Assembly (NCBI GenBank): GCA_021325095.1
Contig: JAJPHV010000108.1
Span: 1 to 12,492, forward strand
Length of the DNA stretch: 12,492 nt
DNA from: Chloroflexota bacterium
Lineage (GTDB): Bacteria > Chloroflexota > Anaerolineae > Aggregatilineales > UBA2796
Reading direction: 5' to 3'
Under the pieces are notes generated by a model. That model saw only the letters and a list, made by a program, of their open reading frames with translations, was not told the DNA's origin and ran no database searches. Both the position numbers and the translations under genes were made by a program. Numbering within the stretch: the first letter of the stretch is position 1; each line of letters begins with the position of its first letter. Positions 1 to 6,847 of the stretch are shown here, piece by piece.

Positions 1-73
1 CTGTTCAGGCGGTCGTGCCCAGAACTGGCCGTCATACCAGTACAGACGGCAGTCCAGACTGTAGTGTGGAAGT

Positions 74-424
74 TCAACTTGACTTGATGGCTCGATGTCC
101 TGCCCAAACTGCTCCCGCCACCACGACGGTGATGCGACTGTTGGGGTCAGGTATCTGCACTGCACCAGTTATCCGCTTGCTGGCGTCAGTTCCCCCATCC
201 GAGATAGCGCTCAGTGAAGCAGGAGGGTTGTCAGTGGAAATGACCGGAAGTGTCATGCTCTGCCCCTTGCCGACAATCACTGACTGACCGACGTTAACCA
301 GCGGCACTCGCCCATGGGTAATGAGGACAATACCCGTTGTCGTCAACCCGATTACCATGAGAGCCAGCAGTAAGGCGTAAGTTACCAGCGCTTTCGACAC
401 CGCGAACCTAGCGGTCGTTTTCAT
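74..424 (-). CDS. hypothetical membrane-anchored protein (single N-terminal TM helix, then a Gly/Val-rich, probably beta-rich part); distal gene of the HMA transcript
   Basis: Complete 116-aa ORF. On the coding strand GGGGAGATCCGCC precedes the ATG, giving a Shine-Dalgarno at 7-nt spacing. It starts 18 nt after the HMA gene stop. The N-terminus has a hydrophobic stretch ALVTYALLLALMVIGL. I recognise no family motif. Confidence 0.5.
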   Translation of the reverse strand: MKTTARFAVSKALVTYALLLALMVIGLTTTGIVLITHGRVPLVNVGQSVIVGKGQSMTLPVISTDNPPASLSAISDGGTDASKRITGAVQIPDPNSRITVVVAGAVWAGHRAIKSS

Positions 425-442
425 GGCGGATCTCCCCTTTGC

Positions 443-667
443 CTACAGGACCGCCGTATAACCGGCTTCCCAGATCGCTTTGACAATTTGTTCCGGCGTT
501 ACTGTGCCTGGTTTGACTTCAACACGGGTTTCCCCGTTGCGCCAGTTGTCGATAGTTACCGTTTTTACCCCGTCCAGGGACAGCACTGCCTCCTGGACGT
601 GGTACGCGCAGGTAGGGCAGGTCATCCCCTTGACTTTGAGTACGAGTGGCTGTTGTGAGTTTTCCAT
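443..667 (-). CDS. heavy-metal-associated (HMA) domain metallochaperone, CopZ/MerP-like, without a signal peptide
   Basis: GMTCPTCAYHV matches the GMTCxxC metal-binding loop of the HMA ferredoxin-like fold. The protein is 74 aa if started at MENSQQ, which is preceded by AGAGAGGA at about 10 nt. The longer ORF reaches 754 but the extension has no ribosome binding site. It lies downstream of MerR-type promoter copy P2. Confidence 0.8.
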   Translation of the reverse strand: MENSQQPLVLKVKGMTCPTCAYHVQEAVLSLDGVKTVTIDNWRNGETRVEVKPGTVTPEQIVKAIWEAGYTAVL

Positions 668-793
668 AATGAATTCCATCCTCTCTGGCTCGTAAAGCCT
701 TGTCGTTTGTTTGCGGGTGCTGCATCGCGCGCCTGTCACCGCACCGAATTGCATTGCCAGTGGGCGGCTTCAAGCACGGATATGCCCCGGAGA

Positions 794-827
794 CCATGCT
801 ACATCTTCCAGTCGGTGGAATGTCAAG
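794..827 (-). promoter_or_regulatory. MerR-type promoter/operator copy P2: -35 TTGACA (plus coords 821-826), 19-bp spacer, -10 TAGCAT (796-801); perfect dyad TTCCA-N5-TGGAA (806-820) inside the spacer
   Basis: Read on the minus strand: CTTGACATTCCACCGACTGGAAGATGTAGCATGG. It matches the promoter upstream of merR at 30 of 34 positions. A 19-bp spacer with an internal dyad is the classic MerR-family operator architecture. It sits about 120 nt upstream of the HMA gene start. Confidence 0.6.
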
Positions 828-948
828 CCCTCTGGGGCAAAGTGCATAGGCGAGATCGCCGTCAGCCGAGCGCCCTGGCTGCGCTCTTCACGGCTTCGTT
901 AAGCGTGGGATGGATGTGGATCGATTTGGCAAGGGGTTCTGCCGATGT

Positions 949-2289
949 TTACACCATGTAACTTATATCGGAGGATTCGGCTGGATGGACGAAGATCGTC
1001 TGTTTAATATCCGTCGCTGTGAGATGGTGGCGGATAGCAAGCGCGAACAGATTGATAACTTCGCCCGCATGGGAACCCAGCAGGTGCGCGCCAAGAATGC
1101 GTCCGGTGTCCGCGTCCACCAGCACTTTGAACGCCGTGTGTTTTTCATTAGTCCGGCGCGACGAATACCAGCCCTCTGTTTTCTGGAAGTTGACAGTAAA
1201 CTTAAGATCCTTTTCGCGCGCCTCCTCTTCATTCAGCCCCGTTCTTGCCAGCGCAGGAACGGTAAATACCACACTGGGCGTGCCGGTGTAGTCCGGCGTG
1301 CGTTGGTTGCCTCTAAGCAAATTGCTGGAAACAACATGTCCATCGGCAACGGCCACCGGGGTCAGGGGCATTCCCTTCGTAGCAGCCGCATCCCCAGCGG
1401 CATACACGGCAGGATTGGACACACTTTGAAGATAGTCGTTCACGACAACCCCGCGCGTCGTGTACTCAATGCCGCCTTGCTCAAGGTTGAGGCCCTCAAT
1501 GTCAGGGACACGTCCCGCGCCGTGTACGACGAGGTCCGATGGAAAACTACCTCCGTCGGACGTATGCACCCGCAGTTGGTCATTCTCTTTTTCAATGACG
1601 ACGACCTCCGATTGTAACCGCACGTCAATACCGATACTCCTGGTTGCAGCGACCAACTCTGTCACCAGATCCGCGTCGAAGGCTTCCAGCGGGCGTTTGC
1701 CGCGATGCAGAATCGTCACCTGCGCGCCGGCGCGAGCGGCAATATGGGCAAACTCGAATGAAATATACCCTCCGCCGATGAATACGATGCGCTCTGGCAG
1801 CGTTTCCAGTTCAAGAAAATCGGTACTGGTCGCTACGTATTCCGCGCCGGGAATACCCAGGTCACGGGGCTTCGCGCCCGTCGCAATGGCAATACGTTTC
1901 GCAGTCAGCGTTTCGCCATCGAGCTGGAGGCTGTTCGGGCCAACAAACTGTGCCTCGCCGTGATAGGTTGCGATACCGGAGCCACGGAACGATTTCTCGA
2001 TGTTCGCGGGTGTCGGGTCGGTAAAGGTGCGCTTGAAACGGATCAGGTCTGCCCAGTCAATCCGCATCTCGCCTGCAATCCCATGTCCAGTCATGCGGCG
2101 CTGCCAATCCATCAATTCGGCTGCGCCCACTAGCACTTTCTTCGGGTCGCAGCCGCGCAGAGCGCAAGTGCCGCCATACGGACGCGAATCGACCACAGCC
2201 ACTTCCCAACCACTCGAGCGCACTCGCCGCGCGATGTTTTGCCCGGCCATGCCAACGCCGATCACGACAAGATCAAATTCGTTACTCAT
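949..2289 (-). CDS. class I FAD-dependent pyridine nucleotide-disulfide oxidoreductase (glutathione-reductase/MerA-core family). It lacks the NmerA domain and the C-terminal Cys pair.
   Basis: 446 aa. The N-terminus has the FAD Rossmann motif DLVVIGVGMAGQ. The redox-active disulfide reads GGTCALRGCDPKK (CxxxxC). There is a second GxGxxG (FIGGGYISFE). The C-terminal HPAESSD resembles the His-Glu dyad of the dimerisation domain. It starts 46 nt after the MerT-like gene stop. Confidence 0.85.
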   Translation of the reverse strand: MSNEFDLVVIGVGMAGQNIARRVRSSGWEVAVVDSRPYGGTCALRGCDPKKVLVGAAELMDWQRRMTGHGIAGEMRIDWADLIRFKRTFTDPTPANIEKSFRGSGIATYHGEAQFVGPNSLQLDGETLTAKRIAIATGAKPRDLGIPGAEYVATSTDFLELETLPERIVFIGGGYISFEFAHIAARAGAQVTILHRGKRPLEAFDADLVTELVAATRSIGIDVRLQSEVVVIEKENDQLRVHTSDGGSFPSDLVVHGAGRVPDIEGLNLEQGGIEYTTRGVVVNDYLQSVSNPAVYAAGDAAATKGMPLTPVAVADGHVVSSNLLRGNQRTPDYTGTPSVVFTVPALARTGLNEEEAREKDLKFTVNFQKTEGWYSSRRTNEKHTAFKVLVDADTGRILGAHLLGSHAGEVINLFALAIRHHLTATDIKQTIFVHPAESSDISYMV

Positions 2290-2335
2290 GGTTCAACCTT
2301 TCCCTCCTGTGTCCCAAAGACTGGACGAATAGCGG

Positions 2336-2686
2336 CTATTGCCGGGCGCGATGTGTCACTGACTGACCGAGCGGTTCACAACATTCGCACGACTTTTCCA
2401 GGGGCAAGTGCTCGGCTTTCGGTCGGGGTTCGGTTGGCGTCAGCGACTGACGTTTAGGCTTGCTATCCTGGCTCAACCACACTGACCCCAGCCCAATGCC
2501 TCCAAAGAAAAGGACAGTGGATAAGGCGAACACCAGACCGGTGTTCGCACTCAACCAGGCACCGAACGCCGTACCCGCCGTCAGAGCCAACACAATCGGC
2601 AGGGTGATCGCCAAATGACAGGGGCAGGCTATAATGCCAACGCCCGTGCTGACGTAACCTCGAATAGATCGGATTTTCGTGCTCAT
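2336..2686 (-). CDS. putative mercuric ion transport membrane protein (MerT/MerF-like; intramembrane CPC plus cytoplasmic CECC)
   Basis: 116 aa from MSTKIRS, which is preceded by GAGGAGG at 7 nt. The upstream Met of the longer ORF lacks a ribosome binding site. It has 2-3 predicted TM helices with ACPCH inside the first. The basic C-terminal tail ends in SCECCEP. It lies immediately downstream of merA. Cys pairs in a TM helix and a cytoplasmic tail are the hallmark of MerT/MerF/MerC importers, although this arrangement is non-canonical. Confidence 0.5.
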   Translation of the reverse strand: MSTKIRSIRGYVSTGVGIIACPCHLAITLPIVLALTAGTAFGAWLSANTGLVFALSTVLFFGGIGLGSVWLSQDSKPKRQSLTPTEPRPKAEHLPLEKSCECCEPLGQSVTHRARQ

Positions 2687-2728
2687 CAGGTTTTTCCTCC
2701 TCGACAATTGAAGCGAACAAGCAATCTT

Positions 2729-4420
2729 TCAACCTGCGCAGCACGACAGCATCGCCACATCTTTCTCAAAGGTCTGCGCGGCCAGCTTCAGCCCTTCGAC
2801 CATCGTCAGATACGGGAAGAAGGTATCGATCAAGTCCTGTAACGTCATGCCCGCTTTGATGGCAACCACCGCCGGTTGGACAACCTCCCCTGCATCGGGG
2901 GCCAGCACATGAGCGCCGAGCAGGTGATCCGTCGTCGCGTCAGCGACCAGTTTGATCAAACCGCGTGTGTCGCGGTTAGCCAGGGCGCGCGGAACGTATG
3001 CCAGCGGTAAAACAGAGGTCTTGACCTCATAGCCCGCCTGGCGCGCCTGCTGTTCGGTCAGCCCCACTGCGGCCACTGCCGGATCGGTGAACGTGACTCG
3101 CGGCAGCACGCTCGTATCATAAACACGGCCTGACCCGTTGAGCGCGTTGTCCGCAGCCAGCGTGCCGCTATAGGCGGCCACATACACGAACATATCGCGC
3201 CCGGTCACGTCGCCTGCGGCATAGACGTAGGGATTGGTCGTGCGTAGCTGTTCATCCACAATGATTTCGCCCCGTTTGCCGAGTTTGACCCCGGCTTCTT
3301 CGAGGGCCAGGCCGCGCGTGTTGGGTCGCCGACCCGTCGCCATCAGCAGGGCTTTTGCCTCGAAGACCAGCGTTTCACCAGCGCGTTCAGCCGTGAGGCG
3401 GTAACCGCGTTCATTCCGGTCTACCCGTGAGATGGTCACGCCAGCCTCAACGATCAGCCCTTCTTCGCGCAGGTAGCCGGTCAGCGCTTCGCTGATCTCT
3501 GGCTCTTCAAAGGGGGTGATCACCGGCATCACTTCCAACACCGTGACCTTCGTGCCGAAGCGCGCGTAAGCCTGAGCCAGTTCCAGCCCGACGGCGTTCG
3601 CGCCGACCACAATCATCGAAGCCGGACGCTCGGTCAGGTCCAGCGCCGAGGTGCTGTCCAGATAGCCAGCTTCCTCCAGACCGGGAATGGGGGGAGTCCA
3701 TGGCTTGGCACCGGTAGCGATGATGATCTTGCCAGGCGTGTACACGGTGGGTGTCGCGTTGTTCCCGACGGGCGCAATCTCAACCCGGTTGTCGCCCAGC
3801 AGTTTAGCCCGGCCCTGGAGGTAGGTAATGTCCGGGTAGGCAGCCAGCACATCAATGTATTTGGCCTGGCGAAGCGTCGTGACCAGTTCATCCTTCTGGG
3901 TGATCACAGCCCCCCAATCTCCGGCGGCGCTCAGGCGCACCGCTCCCTGGAATGGGTGATGCCCCGCCAGGTGATGCAGCTCGGCGGCACGGATGATCGT
4001 TTTAGACGGCACACAACCGACATTGACGCAGGTGCCGCCGATGGTGCTGGCTTCGACGAGGGCGACACGCTTACCCAGTTCAGCCCCCTTGATCGCTGCC
4101 GCGAAGCCTGCCGACCCCCCACCGATGACCATCAAATCGTAATCTTGAGAAGCGCTGTCACCATCCTGGCTGGTGGGCTGTAGCTCACGGCGCGCTTTCA
4201 CCGTCGCGCGATAACCCGCCTCTTTGACTGCCGTGACGAGCGCCTCGCTGGGCACGTCGCTGCTGGCCTTCAAGGTCGCTTGTGCTGACTGCCAGCTGGG
4301 TACGTCCACCTCGCTGACGCCAGGAACGCTCTTCAACGCTTTGGTGACGTGAACCGCGCAGCTATCGCAGGTCATCCCGCGCACGTCGAGCGTAATGTGT
4401 TGTACTGTCTCCGTTGTCAT
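2729..4420 (-). CDS. merA: mercuric reductase MerA with an N-terminal HMA (NmerA) domain
   Basis: 563 aa. The N-terminus has GMTCDSCAVHV (HMA). FAD binding is DLMVIGGGSAGFAAA. The redox-active site is GGTCVNVGCVPSK. The C-terminus ends LSCCAG, the vicinal Cys pair diagnostic of MerA. GAGAGGGAAACCA precedes the ATG as a ribosome binding site. Confidence 0.95.
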   Translation of the reverse strand: MTTETVQHITLDVRGMTCDSCAVHVTKALKSVPGVSEVDVPSWQSAQATLKASSDVPSEALVTAVKEAGYRATVKARRELQPTSQDGDSASQDYDLMVIGGGSAGFAAAIKGAELGKRVALVEASTIGGTCVNVGCVPSKTIIRAAELHHLAGHHPFQGAVRLSAAGDWGAVITQKDELVTTLRQAKYIDVLAAYPDITYLQGRAKLLGDNRVEIAPVGNNATPTVYTPGKIIIATGAKPWTPPIPGLEEAGYLDSTSALDLTERPASMIVVGANAVGLELAQAYARFGTKVTVLEVMPVITPFEEPEISEALTGYLREEGLIVEAGVTISRVDRNERGYRLTAERAGETLVFEAKALLMATGRRPNTRGLALEEAGVKLGKRGEIIVDEQLRTTNPYVYAAGDVTGRDMFVYVAAYSGTLAADNALNGSGRVYDTSVLPRVTFTDPAVAAVGLTEQQARQAGYEVKTSVLPLAYVPRALANRDTRGLIKLVADATTDHLLGAHVLAPDAGEVVQPAVVAIKAGMTLQDLIDTFFPYLTMVEGLKLAAQTFEKDVAMLSCCAG

Positions 4421-4529
4421 TGGTTTCCCTCTCTACCTATCCGCAAAATTAGACTGATGCCTTGAGCCAGTGGTCATACCGGCTGTGTCAACCATGTTGA
4501 TAAATGGCTATGCAACACGCTACCTTTCT

Positions 4530-5189
4530 TTACCCGGCATTTTGCATTGCCTGCTGAGGCGTATCCGGCGAAACTGGTGGGTGTACTAGCCTGTACGTCG
4601 CTACGGGGATCGCTTTGCCCTTAAGCGACAGATCGCCGATAAACTGGTACTCATCCGGCTCCAGCAGCTTCTGGATGTCGGCGGTGCAGAGGGCTTGTTT
4701 TCCCTCGGCTAATGCGGCCAGGCGGCTGGCCGTATTGACCGTGTCGCCGATGATGGTCAAGTCCTGTGTGCGCCCAGTCCCTAGCCGGGATAACATGGCC
4801 GTACCTCGCGCCAGTCCGATGCCGAGGGTTGGACAGACTGTCGATGGATAGCACGATTTTATGCGCTCGAACCCCTCAATCAGCGTCAGCGCCGTGTGGT
4901 AGGCGTGTTTCACTTCGCGGCGCGGTTCGGTGGTGTCGCTGAAGGCAGCCAGGATGCCATCGCCCAGGAACTTGAAAATCTCTCCAGCCTGTTGCTGAAT
5001 AATGTCGCTGGCAAGCTGGTAAAACCGATCCAGCAACGTCACAACCTCACGCACCGGCAGTTGCTCGGTCAGGGAGGTGAAGCCCCGCACATCGGCAAAC
5101 ATCACCGTCAGAGGCTGTTCGCGCACGCAGCAATCCACAACAATAGCAGGGTGGTCGCTGCTTAACGGGCGCAGTGCTGACGCGCTCAT
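4530..5189 (-). CDS. stand-alone class III nucleotidyl cyclase (adenylate/guanylate cyclase catalytic domain)
   Basis: 219 aa. VMFADVRGFT carries the first metal Asp and KFLGDGILAAF the second. GDTVNTASRL carries the transition-state Asn and Arg. The C-terminal LKGKAIPVATYRL is the typical end of a cyclase homology domain. A 28-aa N-terminal extension contains VVDCCV. Its start overlaps the stop of the upstream CBM48-like gene as ATGA. Confidence 0.85.
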   Translation of the reverse strand: MSASALRPLSSDHPAIVVDCCVREQPLTVMFADVRGFTSLTEQLPVREVVTLLDRFYQLASDIIQQQAGEIFKFLGDGILAAFSDTTEPRREVKHAYHTALTLIEGFERIKSCYPSTVCPTLGIGLARGTAMLSRLGTGRTQDLTIIGDTVNTASRLAALAEGKQALCTADIQKLLEPDEYQFIGDLSLKGKAIPVATYRLVHPPVSPDTPQQAMQNAG

Positions 5190-5476
5190 GTGTTGACGAC
5201 CGAGTTCTCTGAACCGAACGGGTTAGGGACGTAAGCGTCCGCGTGCCAATCGTTATGCCATTCGGTCTCATTGACCAGGTAGCGGAATTGATGGGCGCAC
5301 TGTGTTGGCAGTGTAAAGGTTGCTGTAAATTTTCCTTCCTTCGTCTGCTTCATCACCTGGGGCTGCCAGTCCGTAAACTCGCCACAAATCCAGGCGTGTT
5401 GTGCCTGCAATTCGCCGGGCAGGACGAAGGGGACCTGACAGCTTTGCCCATCTGAAGCATAGGCTTTCTCGATCAT
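5186..5476 (-). CDS. small CBM48 / AMPK-beta glycogen-binding-domain-like (E-set) protein
   Basis: 96 aa. VPFVLPGELQAQHAWICGEFTDWQ...KFTATFTLPTQCAHQFRYLVNETEWHNDWHA resembles the AMPK-beta GBD / isoamylase N-terminal CBM48 pattern: V-P-x-x-F-x-W, G-x-F-x-x-W, a KF/YKF beta strand and W-x-x-D. A ribosome binding site GGGAAAGGA sits 8 nt before the ATG. It is translationally coupled to the cyclase. Confidence 0.55.
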   Translation of the reverse strand: MIEKAYASDGQSCQVPFVLPGELQAQHAWICGEFTDWQPQVMKQTKEGKFTATFTLPTQCAHQFRYLVNETEWHNDWHADAYVPNPFGSENSVVNT

Positions 5477-5609
5477 CGGCCTGATCCTTTCCCTAACTTG
5501 CAGCAGTGCGTGGCTGTAAATCGGCCATAATGTCTCACTGTGGCTCCTTCAAAGGTGCCCCCCTTGCTGTACTGCTATGTGCAGCGTTTGAGCGACTGCC
5601 ATGCCACTC

Positions 5610-6002
5610 TTACTCAGATGACCAATGCCAACCTGCATTTGTGGGTCTTCGCGCCAGACCCTGCGCGGCATTACACATAGCCTTGAGTTCGTCACGGACT
5701 TGCTCAAGGTCACGAATACGATCCTGAATTTCCCCGATCCGGCGGCCCATCAGGTTCATGACGTAGCGGCAAGGAGGCTCACCGCGTTCTCGAAAAGCTA
5801 CAATTTCGGCAATCTCATCCAGCCCCAGGTCCAGCACATGCACCCGTCGGATGAAGCGCAGCCGTTCCACGTCCGCATCCTCGTATCCCCGGTAGCCATT
5901 TGGGGCACGTTTGGCAGGCGGCAGCAAGCCGATTTCCTCGTAGAAACGGATGGTCTTGCACGGCACGCCTGTCCGGTGACTCAACTCGCTGATTTGAAAC
6001 AT
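5610..6002 (-). CDS. merR: MerR-family metal-responsive transcriptional regulator
   Basis: 130 aa from MFQISELS, preceded by GGAGGTGA at 5 nt. The HTH is ISELSHRTGVPCKTIRFYEEIGLL, followed by a coiled-coil dimerisation helix. Cys sits at the start of the dimerisation helix (EPPCRYV) and at AMCNAAQG. It lies directly downstream of the P1 dyad promoter. Confidence 0.8.
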   Translation of the reverse strand: MFQISELSHRTGVPCKTIRFYEEIGLLPPAKRAPNGYRGYEDADVERLRFIRRVHVLDLGLDEIAEIVAFRERGEPPCRYVMNLMGRRIGEIQDRIRDLEQVRDELKAMCNAAQGLARRPTNAGWHWSSE

Positions 6003-6034
6003 CGCTGTCACCTCCACATCTCGCATTCTTTCAG

Positions 6035-6068
6035 CCATGCTACGACTTCCTGTCGCTGGAATGTCAAG
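6035..6068 (-). promoter_or_regulatory. MerR-type promoter/operator copy P1: -35 TTGACA (6062-6067), 19-bp spacer, -10 TAGCAT (6037-6042), dyad TTCCt-N5-TGGAA
   Basis: Read on the minus strand: CTTGACATTCCAGCGACAGGAAGTCGTAGCATGG. The implied transcription start is about 28 nt upstream of the merR ATG at 6002. The 19-bp spacer is suboptimal for sigma70 and typical of MerR-activated promoters. Confidence 0.6.
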
Positions 6069-6137
6069 AGGGTCTTTTAGCGGTAGTGAAGAAACGCTTC
6101 GATTCAGACCAGACTGAAAGAAGCGGCCTTTGTATAC

Positions 6138-6356
6138 TCAATCCTCCTGGTGAAGTGTCTCACGGTCGGCTTTGGGTACTTGTTCACCGATCCAGTCTGC
6201 CACGGGCGACTGCAAGCTGCCGCCGCAAGCTGGACAGCGTGGCTCAGTATCGGCACAGTATGCGCCACAGGCCACACACTGCAACTCACCTTCGTACATG
6301 GCCCGTACCAGTTCGATGATCGCCTGATAATCGCCCCCCATACGACAACACATCAT
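6138..6356 (-). CDS. small Cys-rich zinc-ribbon protein
   Basis: 72 aa from MMCCRMGG, preceded by AAAAGGAAGGGA as a ribosome binding site. It contains C-x2-C-x3-C-x6-C-x2-C (CVACGAYCADTEPRCPACGG) plus an N-terminal MMCC. That is 8 Cys in 72 aa. Confidence 0.45.
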   Translation of the reverse strand: MMCCRMGGDYQAIIELVRAMYEGELQCVACGAYCADTEPRCPACGGSLQSPVADWIGEQVPKADRETLHQED

Positions 6357-6539
6357 TCCCTTCCTTTTCGACCCATTGGCTTTCGCCTGTCGCACGTCGA
6401 TTCTTGCTTTCCAGTTTCTTTGTCCAGTAGCTTTGATGTGGCTTTCAGTCTCATCCTCATGGGCGATCCGTTATCGATAGACAAAGACAACCTTTTGCCA
6501 CACAGGATTTTGGGGATCGCCTTCATTGTCATAAGTTGG

Positions 6540-6791
6540 TCAGGTTTGTCCTGAGCTAATCGCGATGAGGGCATCGAGGATTGCGAGAAGCTCTGTTCGG
6601 CAATTCGGTACACAGGCCCGGCACTTGTGAAAAGCCGGTGCCCACTGATCTAGAGAGGCGTCGGTCTCGCTCAACAACTCGGTGAAAAACTCCAACAGGG
6701 CAAAACATTCTGCCGCTGTCAAGGATGTTGGTTCTTCCCTGGTCAATTCGACCAACAATTCCCATAGCTCACGACTCATCTCGCTTAACAC
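6540..6791 (-). CDS. hypothetical small acidic helical protein with a H-x-C-x2-C-x3-C motif
   Basis: About 79-83 aa. The start is GTG at 6791 or ATG at 6779, and the ribosome binding site is weak. The sequence includes ELWELLVELTREE, LLEFFTELLSETD and FHKCRACVPNC. No family is recognised. It is the first gene downstream of the C7-centred palindrome. Confidence 0.35.
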   Translation of the reverse strand: MLSEMSRELWELLVELTREEPTSLTAAECFALLEFFTELLSETDASLDQWAPAFHKCRACVPNCRTELLAILDALIAISSGQT

Positions 6792-6847
6792 CCCAGTAGA
6801 GGCAACCTCCTACAGCTTGCGCCTCGTGAAGCTGCAATCCCGGCTAT

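Noticed and set aside
15-287. 90-aa plus-strand ORF at the left edge
   Set aside because: It overlaps, in antisense, the 116-aa membrane-anchored protein gene that has a ribosome binding site and is coupled to the HMA gene. No start context.
910-1617. 235-aa plus-strand ORF, with further antisense ORFs at 1460-1963 and 2000-2332
   Set aside because: They are antisense to the well-supported 446-aa disulfide reductase. They have no motifs and no ribosome binding site.
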